64,000 bases of DNA, taken from positions 26,660,001-26,724,000 of the forward strand of contig NC_043004.1 of NCBI RefSeq assembly GCF_006345805.1, read 5' to 3'. This document shows positions 51,801 through 64,000 of the stretch, piece by piece. The stretch is from Octopus sinensis. Lineage: Eukaryota. The notes beneath the pieces were generated by a model. It ran no database searches and was not told the DNA's origin. It saw only the letters and a program-made list of their open reading frames with translations. How positions within the stretch are numbered: the stretch's first letter is position 1; each line of letters begins with the position of its first letter. Both the position numbers and the translations under genes were made by a program.

Positions 51801-53034
51801 GCAAAGAGAAAAACAATGAATCAACACAACCAGGATTAAATTCCTCTGTTATGGCCTGGAGGATGATAATGAATAGGAGGTGGGGCTGAGGACTGACCCT
51901 TGATAAACACCTACCTGCACACTAATTCATCAGTGTAGCCATGGCCAATTCTTACCTTACTAACAGCACTCCTGTTAGCCATTTGTCTATCCATAGCTTC
52001 CTCAGAGATCACCTTATCACAGAGCAGGGCACTCTGCTGAAAATTTATACTCAAGACCTTTCAGCTGTTGCACAGTTAAGAGTAAATAAATTTTTTTACT
52101 TACATAAAACTTTGAGGGTTTTAGAAAATAACAAACTCTTTCATAATCAATCAAAGCAATGATATAACTTTTCAACAACTTCCCAGTCAGTGCTGTATGT
52201 TTCCATAAGTCTTTATCCTGTATTCAGTATTTAAGTTGTATTTCAATGTAACCTGCCACTGCAACCCTTAGCCATCTCACTTTTCTGACTATTTAAATAG
52301 ATATTTTCTTTGTAATTCTACTAAATTTATTTTCATCTTGGGCTCACATTTTCTTTAAAGCTTTTAGACACTCTCAGCCTATAATTAACTCTCCAGGTAA
52401 TATAAAACAGTAACCACCCTGAAATACTGGATATTATGTTTAATCAAAATTATGGAAATACATTGCATTCACTTCATAAACCACTTTTATAACCCTTTGT
52501 CAGGTTAGAGAGGACCTTTGTCAAAGATCATCTCTAAACTGTTTTACAAATACTTCAGTTATACACATGTAATGAGACAATCTGTTCATACTAAACTCAA
52601 ATCCTTATGCATTTTCTTCTTCTATCCATATACATAGATAGGATATTTTGTAATTTAATCTAGTAAGCTGGACCATTTTTCTTTTTAATGTCCTATACAA
52701 ACATGTATTAGCAGTCATCATCACTTGATCGCAATTATTGCACTTTTAACCTTACTCAGGATGAGATCCTATTTTTATTTGTCTTTATTCAGATTCTTTA
52801 ATCTAAATATAATACTGGACATTCTTCTTTTTATTTAGTTTTCTATCTATGGCTCTAGTTATCATATTTCTGAACATATTTCTTTAAGTCTTCATGTATT
52901 TTCTGTGTATCCTAATATATTTTTCTATTTACATCAATTCCTATCATTTGAATTCCTCCCAAGCCCCTTAAATACTTTCTAAGAGATAGTACTCCTACAA
53001 AAAAATTCACATATTACACACAAAGTGTGTAATA

Positions 53035-53570
53035 TACAGTGTGTGGGCTAAATATGACAGTTTGCATAAGACAAAGTGGAAAAAAGAATATCCTATCCAA
53101 AAATAAAAGTATTTTAGAAAATCAAAAAATATCAACTAGATTATGGCTGGAAGATATAGTTTACTCAAAATTGGTGCCCTCAGCTTCCACAACAATATCA
53201 AGATGATTCTGAAACCTGGTGCATGCATTCCTCACTGTATCCCTAGGATGACTTATGAACACCCCCTTAATCTTGACCACCAGCTCAGCCTTGCTGTTGC
53301 AAGCAGAATGGTTGGTGTCATTCTCAACTGCACCCCACACATAGTAATCCATGTGCTTACAATCAAGAGGATTGAGAGGCCGGAAATTGGGGCTGGTGAA
53401 GTTGTAGAAATTATTTGACAACCATTTCTTACTCTTTCTGGAGGTATGGCAAGGAGCCGAATCCTGCTGCTATACATGTGGCCTTGAAACAGCAACCCTC
53501 TCCAGCCAGGATTTGACTACAGTTTCCAGCAGTTTCACATGGGCATTTGAATTGAACCTAAGGCCCTGTT
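53035..53570 (-). mobile_element. Tc1/mariner (maT/DD37D-like) 3' part
   Basis: QQDSAPCHTS...P.NPLDC..MDYYVWG...RNACTRF..L..VVEAEG..FE*; terminus ta-cagtgtg. Confidence 0.82.
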
Positions 53571-53599
53571 CACCAATTGTTGGTCATAGCTTTGTTGTC

Positions 53600-53800
53600 T
53601 CCACTGTAACTGTCCATATTACATCTTACTGCCTTTACAATGTTCACAGATCATCAAGCACAAGTTGGCATTTTGATACCCAGTAAAAATCATCATAATA
53701 TCGGTTACTCTTTTCCAATATCTAAATGGATTCCAGTTCTCCATGTCCGCTAACTTTTTCTCAACTACAACTTTAATCTTTATTCTTCTCAGATACTGTT
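53600..53800 (-). pseudogene. Possible PLE RT relic
   Basis: FRYWKRVTDIMMIF resembles WKRYVDDI. Confidence 0.4.
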
Positions 53801-54488
53801 GACTGTTCACCAATACATCAAGCTGTTTCTGAAAATGGAAATTTTAAAAAGAATCATCAAATTTAGCCTGGACACTCTATATGAACCAAATACATACTAG
53901 TTAGACAACAGACAAACACATGATTAAAAGTCTCATAAAGCAAAATACAAAACTCATCACACCAAACCATAAACTGACACGAATATATGACAAAAACAAG
54001 ATAAAATAAGATAAAAACCTTCCTTATTAAAACACACCATAAGCTTGTAAACCCGGAAACAAACTTAGAATGGTCAACATAATTTACAAATTTGAGCGTA
54101 AAAATGCAAGTTACAAACAGCACATTTTCTACTGTTACATGGGTCAGATAAGTATAACACTAACATATAGACTTAACATGCATTTTATAACAAAAAATGA
54201 TTGCAATTTACTACCTACACTACACACCATAAATCAAAGCTACATAAGCAAATATTTTCAGAAAACACTTCCATTTTTTATAGAATCCTCCACAGAAACA
54301 GATGATAGATTCTGGAAGCAATACTAATATCATAACACTAATATTGCTACAGTCAACATATAACATATTTTACTAGTGTAAATCCAATGATATAACACAC
54401 TAATGCTTTAATGGCCAAGTTTTAGTTGAATAATCAATATAAATATAAGGGTTCTGCAAAAAGCAGTGCAGAAGCTCAATCCATTCAA

Positions 54489-54532
54489 TATCCTGAAGAT
54501 AAGGTTGAGGTAGTCTTGAAACATTAATGATA
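54489..54532 (+). ncRNA. Decayed hammerhead motif
   Basis: tatc CTGAAGA t-aagg..tctt GAAA C attaat gata; NUH site damaged. Confidence 0.55.
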
Positions 54533-54618
54533 GAGTTGGATTTGGGAACTTTATCGTTTGAAATGAAATGTAAATGTCTGATACTCAGGGTTGAACAAAT
54601 TGAATAGTCATGTTTGCA

Positions 54619-54658
<40 letters not shown>

Positions 54659-54663
54659 TTTAT

Positions 54664-54870
54664 GGTGGTGATCTGACTGAATCATTAACATATGGGGAAA
54701 ATACTTAGCGGTATTTCGTCTGTCTCTATGTTCTGAGTTCAAATTCTGCGAAGGTCAACCTTGCCTTTCATCCTTTTGGGGTTGACAAAATTACTACCAT
54801 TCGAACACTGGGGGTAATGTGACCAAATTAAAACCATTGCCAAAACTGCTTATCTTGAGCCAAAATTTAA
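54664..54870 (+). mobile_element. SINE family B
   Basis: Family B head and core. Confidence 0.8.
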
Positions 54871-55668
54871 AATCAATATATATGTATGTGTGTGTGTGTA
54901 TCATTGTGTGTTATTGTGCAAATGTATATGTATATGTCATACACACACTCACACACACATTCACACATGTAAACAGTGTTGGAGTGCATGCGTTGTACCT
55001 GATGTAACAAAGTTTGGGAAGCAAAACTTAACCGTTGCTTTGCTATGCATAAATATCTTATACTCACCTGACATAATCTGCTTTTAGTAAAAGAATTGCA
55101 GAAAATGTAGAACAAATATCAATAATGAGGGGAGATATTTAGTCCTGTTCCCTGAATACATATTGAAACGCAGTATATTTATTGGATATTTATTCTAAAG
55201 AGAAAAGGCTGAATCAACATAAGCATGGTATTAAATCAGAGAGTTTGGCCATTAAACCAAGTTTTGACAATGTTCAATCAAGTTCACAGCAAATACACCA
55301 TCATTCTGCTTAACAGCAATCATTCATAGGAGACAGATACATGGAATGAAAATATATCTCTACACATTTCCTTCTTCATTAATCTGCAGACAGATAACAG
55401 AAATCAATAAAGACTTAGAAATAATATTCCTGGGTTAGATGCCAGTTGAAAGGTGAAAATGAAAGTTGGATGTTTAGTGCACAGTCTGTGCATCAGTTTT
55501 AATCACACACACACACATGCATATATGTAATATGCATATGTGTATATAATATATATATATATATTGATAAAAATGGTAAGACAACAAAAGAAAGAAAGAG
55601 ACCTGGATATTATGTAAATAGAGGAATTTATCTGTAAATGTAATATGTGACAGTTATTCGGTAGCCAT

Positions 55669-55729
55669 GATAAAACTCCGAGTTTTGGATGCCGAGGTGC
55701 AAATCCACGCCGCTATCTCTTCAGTTATC
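55669..55729 (-). ncRNA. Hammerhead motif with a CpG-type G12A change
   Basis: gataa CTGAAGA gat..atcc AAAA ctc g gaG TT ttatc; 5-bp stem I. Confidence 0.78.
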
Positions 55730-56378
55730 CGGCCATCAGAAAAATGCTATGAAAAATGACTGTTATACAAAGGGAAATTACTGTGTGATTGACCGTTATT
55801 AAGATAAAAGAGCTATTTGAATGACCGCTAAGTAAGGGGAGGGAGTAAAAAAGTTCATAGTATTCGCATAAGCGCGCATGTTCATACCTTCACATGCATA
55901 CCTGCACATCCATGTGCGTGCACCTAAAAGTATACATTCATCCACAAAGCTGATGCATATTTGAATATGTTTGTATTAGTGTAAAGGAATCTCTGTATTT
56001 TCTATAACTTTTTAGTATATAGTTGGTCATTGTGACCATTTAGCATTGACCTAGTTTTCTTGATACAAAATCTGTTTGCCAAATAGCAATAAACAATATC
56101 TAAGGCATTATAATCCCCTTTCTACTTTAATTTCTCTAGGAATAACTTCTGCCATTTATTTCACTCCTACCTACTTCTATAAATAGAAAATCTCTTTTGT
56201 CTCCATTCAACTGAATATCCCTCCCCACTTTCTAGCAGTTCCATATAACTTAAAGAATTCTAATACCTTAATGTTCTTAACCTTCAAATCAACATCTCTG
56301 TTTATATATCTACCCTCTTTATAATGTTATCAATTAACATGAAAATAAGTATATGTATTGATGGGAAACCTCTATAAA

Positions 56379-56462
56379 TGGCTGATGATTGCTCAACATT
56401 TTAAAACTGTTGTAATACTTACAATGTTTAATAAAATGATGAAGCATGAAACGATCGTACCG
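56379..56462 (+). ncRNA. Type I hammerhead ribozyme motif with long stem II
   Basis: tgg CTGATGA t-tgct..(59 nt in total)..agca-t GAAA C gatc G TA ccg. Confidence 0.82.
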
Positions 56463-56583
56463 AATTACCAAAGATATTCTTGTTGCTTATTTTGATTATA
56501 ATCACCCTATGGATTTATATGGATAACACCATACAAAATTCTGGTGCATCTAGCTTAAGTACCATATTCATTTGAATCTACAG

Positions 56584-56642
<59 letters not shown>

Positions 56643-57149
56643 TAGATAGATATATATATATGTATATATATAAAGCATGATTTATTTGCGATCAGTGTCC
56701 ATTGACACAATGCAATTTGATATAATACAAGTCTGTTAGTGGTAAGTTTCTCATTGGAACTGGTCTATAACAGATTAAGATATTTAGAAAAAAATGGTCA
56801 GAAATAGTGATATGGTCTCCAAGCGTATTTCTTTGAAGCGTATATCTTTACTTTTAATTAAAAGCCACAATGAAAGGGGGCAGAACTATTAGCTAAAACA
56901 TCTAGGTAGCACTTTCTATGACACTCTCAAAGTGCCTGAATAACTGTACATTGGTGTGGTTTCTCTTGTTATCTTCTCCAAAAAGTCATGCGTTATAAGC
57001 TGATTTAACCAAGGATTATAAAGAATTTTACAATTACTGTTGAATGTTGAGTGTGATACAATTTAGATATTTAATTGTGAACAAATTAAATATATTTATA
57101 CTAGATCGAATCAAAAGTTTTTCCATATTTTAAACTTTAATAATTTTTA

Positions 57150-58270
57150 CAAATTATATACAAAAAGTGTTTATTCATTGAAATATATCTCATCATGTTT
57201 ATAATGTGTTGCCAGTGTTGTGGCAGTAGCTCAATTCCACACTTTTACTGATTAGCTGGTTTAGAGGCAAAAAACTCCATACAACCATTTTCAACTTCAT
57301 CCACACTGTTAAACTGCCATCCATGCAAGAAATTAGTCACAGCTTGTAAAAGGTGGTAATCTGATTGTGCATGATCTGGACTATAGATAGGATGAGGTAA
57401 CATTTCCAATCCTTATAGTTTGCACTTAGTCGCATTGGCAGTGTGTGCCAGGGCATCGTCGTGCTATAGGAGTGTACATCTTTGATTGACTGATGCCAAG
57501 TAGCAAGCTTTTAAAACATCATAAACTTACTGCAGTTGCTGAGCATAAAGGTTAACATTCATGGCATAACCATCTAGGACAAGCTCAAAGTTCAAAACAC
57601 CCTTGAAATTCCACCAAACACAACATGACCTTCTGTTCAAATAACTCTAGTTTGACATCAGGTTTTGAAGCCTGGCCAGAGTGAAGCCACTAATTTCTCT
57701 TATCTATTTTTTCATCCCCAGTTGCAATTTGACTCATAAAATGGGCATCTTGACTATTTGCCCACAAATGTTTGCTAATGTTCATGAGTCATTGAGCCTA
57801 TTCATTGGTCAGTTCTTGAGGAATTTTTTGACAACGTCTGTTCACAAGGCTGAGAATATGGAGGTATTGATTGATGGTACTTTGTGAAGGAGCAAGCTCT
57901 GTCAACAATGTATGAATGCTTGTGCTTGGCTATTCAAACATTTTAAGCAAACCCCCATCTTCCACAACAGAAGGTTTTCTAGACATTGGTTTGTCTCCAA
58001 GGCTGGTGCCACCTACCGTGAAATGTTTGAACTAGTTTTGTGCCATACATTCATTGACAATCCCTAGGCCTTCCACATCATTAATTTCTTTTGCTACTGC
58101 CCTTGCAGTCAGTCCTTTTTTCCACAGGTAGTGTAAAATGGCTCTAACGGAAATTTTTTGACCACTCATTATCAGACTTGTAAAATTAAGAATAATCAAT
58201 TAATGTTTATCTGTTATACATGAAAATAAAGAATAAACTATTCAACAAGGATTGGACAAATTTTATCACG
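57150..58270 (-). mobile_element. Decayed near-full-length mariner
   Basis: IATGDEK, HDDA (HDNA-like), LEMLPHPIYSPDHAQSDYHL. Confidence 0.85.
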
Positions 58271-60064
58271 GTATTATCTCACATATTGCAATATTGATAT
58301 AGTGCAGTGTGGTGGTGGTGGTTGTGGTTGTGGCGGTGGTGGTGGCGGTTGTGGTGGTGGTGGTCTAGTGTGGAGCTGTATTAGAGTGTGCACTTATTTC
58401 CTTCTCACTTGGCATTATCTGTTCTCTTCTTCAGGTATAAATAATAATGGACACTGTTAATTACTAAATTTGGAATACTTCTCTTCTTTAACTGATAGAA
58501 ATATTAACTTTTTTGCTTGGTTATGTAAAATAAAATATTGGAAAAAAGGGGTGTTGTTGATTGAAGTGATTTCCAGTGTTTTAATGCATTTTATTTTATT
58601 GATCCTGCAGCGTTGAAAGTAAAACTGGTCGGATGTGAGCTTAGAACAGAAAGGAAAATAATATTACATAATTCCTATCTATCATTTTCTCTGCAGCAAT
58701 CTTGATTGATGAAATGTTAATGGAAAAAAATAAAAAAAGACAAAGAGAATATCAATACATTTAAATTGGCTTTTTAAAGCCATGTTTGGTTGTAAATATA
58801 GCAGTTGTCTCATATAAACTGAGAATGGTATTCTGAGAGTAAGTTCATCATGGGTATCTAATATCAACTTTGCAAATAAAGATTGAAAAAATTTTATGCC
58901 CAGCCAAGGTATCTGGATATCAATCCATTACTTGTAAGAGAAATAACAAAGATATTTTACTATTTCTCAGTTGTACTTCTCTCTTCTGAGATAAAACCAA
59001 ACATAACGAACCGTTCTTTAATAGCTAAACACATTTTAAAAATCTACATGAAATATTGCTGCATAAAGCAATATTTCTTATTGAAAACACAACTTTGTAT
59101 TCATTTTTGTGGAAGATAAGAAAAAGATTGTATTTGTTTTGATTATGCAAAACCTTTTATCTTTAGACTTGTGATAAACACTGGCAGAAATAAAGTTTCA
59201 GAGATATAGGGATCATTTACATTTTTAGCTCAAATACTACATTTTCAGGAATTGTTGAAAAGGAAGGAAAATGTAGAAATCTTTCTTTTTTACCACTTTT
59301 GATAAATTGTTTTCCACTTTGAAAGACAATTTATCAGAACCCCTACTCAGTTGGATATCAAATGCACAACTTTATAGAAAAACACTTTAATAGCTCAAAG
59401 TGCAGAAGCATAAAGGAGCATCACCATCATTTACCTCACTGTCATGTCATCTACACATATATGCGCACTCATAAATAATACACAGACTTATATGTGAGTG
59501 TCTGTAAGTGTGTGTGAGTGTGTGTATGCAAACGTTAGTATATATTTATTTATGTACATACACACACACACACACACACTCACACACACGCACACACATA
59601 CACACATGTATCTATGTATACCAATAAAATGCAACATCTCTCGAAATCAGGCCAAATTTCTTTTTCCTTCAACTCGCTTCATGATCCTACAGATGTGACA
59701 TAAATTTGAAATATGTATAAAAGAGGTGAAACTCTGCTTCTTATTTTTAACTGAAAAATTGCAGGAAAAATTTTGTAACTTATACGCAAAAATGAAAAAA
59801 ACTTTCCTATTTTATGTATACACATGTTTATTTTAATGACTAATGTTTGTTCAAATACACAGTTGGTAGATGGATGAAATGTTTTTTTTCTTTCTTAATC
59901 TGTATTAAAGTTTTAATATTACTTCATGCAATATTTCTTGTGCCAATGTAAATGGAATTGTCTTAAAAGTTTGGATATTTTTACGTTGGCCAAAAATCTT
60001 TACACTTTGATGCTTTATTTACCATTAAACTTTCAGCAATAAAAGTTTTTTAATGTTAGTATCC

Positions 60065-60528
60065 TTTCATTCTTTTATTCTTTTTCTTGCATCAGTGATT
60101 TGACTAGGGCCATGCTAAAACACCACCTTTAGTCGAACGAATCAACCCCAGTACTTGTTCTTTGTAAGTCAGGTACTTACTCTATTGGTCTCTTATGCTG
60201 AACCACTAAGTCACGGGGACGTAAAAACACCAACATTGGATGTCAAGTAATGGTCGGGGACAAACACAGACACACAATTGTAGACACACATGTATATATG
60301 TATATATTTGTGTAGCTGTGTTTGTCCCCCGCCCCCATCACTTGACAACCGACGTTGGTGTTTTACATCCCTGTGACTTAGCAGTTTGGCAAAAGAGACC
60401 AATAGAGTAAGTACCTGGCTTACAAAGAACAAGTACTAGGGATGATTCATTCGACTAAAGGTAGTGTTTCAGTATGGCCACAATCAAATGACAGAAACAA
60501 GTAAAAGAATGAAAGAATAGAAGAATAC
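60065..60528. mobile_element. Two SINE family A 3' halves joined back-to-back as a fold-back
   Basis: 60065-60275(-) and 60310-60528(+), joined through the internal microsatellite. Confidence 0.88.
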
Positions 60529-60569
60529 CATTTAAAGAGGAGAAAGAAGCATCATTTACCTTTCACAGG

Positions 60570-61000
60570 GTATCCCAAATAATTGGTGGAATAGTAGTTA
60601 GAAACCTTTATTTGTATGGTGCCATTGTAAGAAACCACATATTTAAACATTGACTAATCTGCTGAGTCCTTGGCCACAATACATTTAATAGATTCCACTA
60701 AAAACACTCATGGTCCAGGTAGAAAATTAAGTCTATTACCAAAGAGCAGGTGTAGGTCTTCTCATTGTCTCCTGCACAGACTTTGTCTGATGAATTTCAC
60801 TCCAAATCGTGGGCCAAACTTAGAATTTGGTAAAAGAAACTTGCTCAAGGTTTCTTGCTGTGTTATTCTAACCCATGTCATTATAAAACAAATTGTAAAT
60901 TGAACATCTGAATGAAATGAATATGTTAGTATTCTGCTGGTGTTGAAGATTTTGTAAAGTGAATGTCTTAACCACAAGAGCATGTCTGTATTATGTATTG
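60570..61000 (-). pseudogene. Possible RTE-like RT relic
   Basis: FYNDM (YADD-like), Q..L..F...KFG, FKYV. Confidence 0.35.
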
Positions 61001-64000
61001 TTAGCGAGATTTAAGAATACTTAGTTATGTGTCAGGCCTTGTTTATCAGTTATATAATAAACTTCATTTGAACTCATGAATGAGGTTTAAACAGTAGTTT
61101 ACCCTCATCACCATTGTATCACTTGCTTTTAGTACAAAATTAAATTGAAATAATACACTGTCTGGAGTTGAAATTATTGAGATACTACTTCTTGTTATTG
61201 TTTAATTATTTTGCTTTTGTTGCAACTGAGTCTAAACACCTGGAAGATAAATAGACAAGTACAAGAACAATATATTCTAGACTATTTTTATCTCTCTTGA
61301 GAAATTTTAGTTCCATAATAGTAAAGCTATTGTAATTAATGCTGTTGTTCTTTTCTCAGACTATGGTTTGGATGATTCAGTCTTCTCTATGTTGGTCATC
61401 TTGAATTAACAAAATTGTTATAATTTATTAATATGGAAAGGTTACTATTGGCAGTCAATTCTTGACCATTTTAATTTTTCCTTTTAGCTATTAATGATTG
61501 CATCTGAGAATCTGAGTGCGGATATTTGCAAATCTTTTATATTAATTTTTAACTTTGGTACCAAGCCAATTTCTGAAAAGACAATGGAATATTCAGTTGA
61601 TACAATGTTACTGGTATCTGTTTTTTTTTTTTTTGACTTAACAGTACTGATTAACAGTGAAGATGATCCCAGTGGAATGTGGATATAGAAGGATATAACT
61701 AAATACGCCACTACATAAAGCACTTTTCTGTTGCCCAAACTGAACACTCTGTGGATTTTTATATTTAAAGCCTCTCTCCAAAATGATTTTCATAATGGAG
61801 CTTTTAGATAATTGCATGATTGTCATTTTAAAGATCTGTTTTATAATTAACATCACACCCCCCCTCCAACCTTTATAATGTCTCTCTTTACCATAACAGT
61901 ATCTTTTGTCTTTTACTTGTTTAAAGGATTAGACTGTCTCCATGCTGGGGCATTATCTTGAATTTTTAGTTGAATGAATCGATCTCAGAACTTAGATTTT
62001 CTTTCCCTTCATGATTAATGTCGTCATCATCATCATCATCATCATTGTCACCACCATAATTTAACGACCATTTTTCCATGCTGGAATGGAGTGGATGGCT
62101 TTCAAAACCTAGCAACTAGTAAGTTCTCCCAACAGTAGAGTGTTACTAGAAATTCCTTCTCACAGAAATCATGATATTGGTGGTTAAAAGAGGGGAGATG
62201 ACATTAGGCCAGTTAGCTCTGGCTGCCATAAACCATTGTAGTAGTGTTAGAAAAAACAAAAATGCCTCTTCTCTAGATTAGAGATTAGAGAGTGTTGCAA
62301 ATGCAACATATTTGTCTTTCATTGTATGTGGAGTGGGTTATAAGTGTGATCTAGGATATCTGTGTGGCCTAGGATGTCCGTGTTCATTGAAAGTGATTTC
62401 TGATGTCTGTGTACATAGCAGCAGTGCTATCCAAACTATGGATGCAGTACTTGACTGTTTGTGTCTCATATGAACTTTCAGGAAGATTAGTAGTTGTCAA
62501 GGATAAAGTATTTTCTGAGAGAAAGGCCAGTCTGTCAAATGAAGTCTTTGCTATGCTGAGGATCTGTGTTTGCCAGGGGGAATTCACAATGAACCCTACT
62601 ATTTAAAATGATTAGAAAGTTTCTAGTTGGGCGCTATTTATGTTTAGTTGGAAGATTTGACATGATAATGGTTTTAAGTTATGTTATTCCAGTATTTGCA
62701 GTTGGTAACCATTAATTAGTAATAAAGTATATAGAACAATGAAAAGAATACACATGGCTCACATTTCATAAGGAATTACTGCTAATGTTTACTTAGGAAA
62801 ATGAATGCTAAAGTTAATGAGATTAATATGCAGTTGGAACTTTAACAGCTTAACTCTGTATAGAAAATATGGGTTGGTAGGGAATCCTCTAGAGTTGCTA
62901 TTTTTGGGAAAAGCTGATAGGATGAAACATGACAGTTTGTAGACATCAATAAGTTTTGCTGCTATAAAGAAAGGAATATTTGACTTTTCAGTTTAAAATC
63001 TTTTATCAGTGAAGTCATGAAACAGAAGTGAAAATATTATTCACTTTTCAGGAGAATCTACTTATTGACACCTACAAACTCGTTTTGATTTTATTACCAT
63101 TGTTTGTCAATACAGATATTCATCAGTTCCTTAGATTCTAGAGTTGTTTCTATTTAGTATGAAGGTTGGATGGTGCAATACACTAAATAAGTCAAGAATA
63201 AAGAAAGAGGGGGAAGAAGAGGGAATTTCAGTTAGATTTATACTGACTTTTGAGGAAGGTCATTGTGAATATTAAGCTGGGGTTACTTTACTATGTCAGT
63301 AGTAAATAAATATATTGTGGCATCCATGTATATACATTTAGACAGAATAAAAAGAAAAGAAAAAACTTTAGAAATGAAATGGTGAAGAATGAGAAGAAAC
63401 AGAAAAGAAGAGGTTGAATGCTTAGGAGTGGAGGTAAGGTGAATTTGCTAGGAGGAGAAGAGGGAGGTGGGAGATAAAATTACTTGTCATTAGGAGCACA
63501 TAGCAGCTGGAGGTAAATTGGTGGATTACTACTTAACAGTAAAACTATGCACCCGTATATCCACATGCATGCACATACAATCACTGTGCAACTATAGTAT
63601 CCCCATAAGTGTGCGCGTGCATGTACACGCCTGCATATCTTCATGTGCAGAAAGGAAGATGTAAGATCACAGGGTTAAGAAAATATAAAGGTAGCAAACA
63701 TATATTCACATATATACACACACACATATATGTGTCTGTATGCGTATGTCATTATTCAGTTTTATTTCAAGATAAACTTTTTGTTTTAGGTAGAGGCAAT
63801 CTACATCACTGTTGATGTGGAAATTATGTGTGCTTGTTAGTATTTTTTGGGTTTTCACATCGATGGCTTGGATCTCATCAAGCAGCCCAAATGTTGGTAT
63901 GAGTACTGGCACTGCAAATACATTGTGGAACACTGTTTTATTGAATGCAGAGAGTTCTGAAGTCCAACTTTTCTTTATTTGGCTATAATATTCTTTAGTG

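Noticed and set aside
51851-51942. atggc CTGGAGGA ... GTA gccat; similar relics at 4760-4815, 12020-12080, 25225-25270 and 44630-44745
   Set aside because: GAAA or the 5' core is missing; too degenerate to call
61400-62620. Minus-strand stretches with a retroelement-like look
   Set aside because: No diagnostic motif I could read with confidence

Overview
AT-rich, repeat-saturated animal DNA with no recognisable host protein-coding gene. The SINE families and microsatellite load resemble Octopus (inference). Nearly all ORFs in the track are microsatellite or SINE read-throughs. The real coding remnants are all transposon-derived: Penelope-like (PLE) RT and GIY-YIG fragments, a young 5'-truncated R4/Dong-type RLE retrotransposon in (TAA)n, CR1 and RTE LINEs, a Helitron, mariner/maT, hAT and Ty3/gypsy relics, and Merlin-like MITEs with 8-bp TSDs. 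The main signal is non-coding. I read by eye more than 15 type I hammerhead-ribozyme (HHR) motifs from apparently different families (CUGANGA ... GAAAC-palindrome-GUH closed by stem I), many with unusually long (40-90 nt) AT-rich stem II regions or variant cores. They repeatedly occur as back-to-back pairs with the HHR-bearing 3' ends pointing outward, often into (TA)n. The clearest case is a near-perfect 1.2-kb palindrome (48332-49569) built from a circularly permuted 546-bp HHR-containing unit that looks like a retrozyme or PLE terminal repeat. All motif calls are manual, and none of the ribozyme activity is demonstrated.
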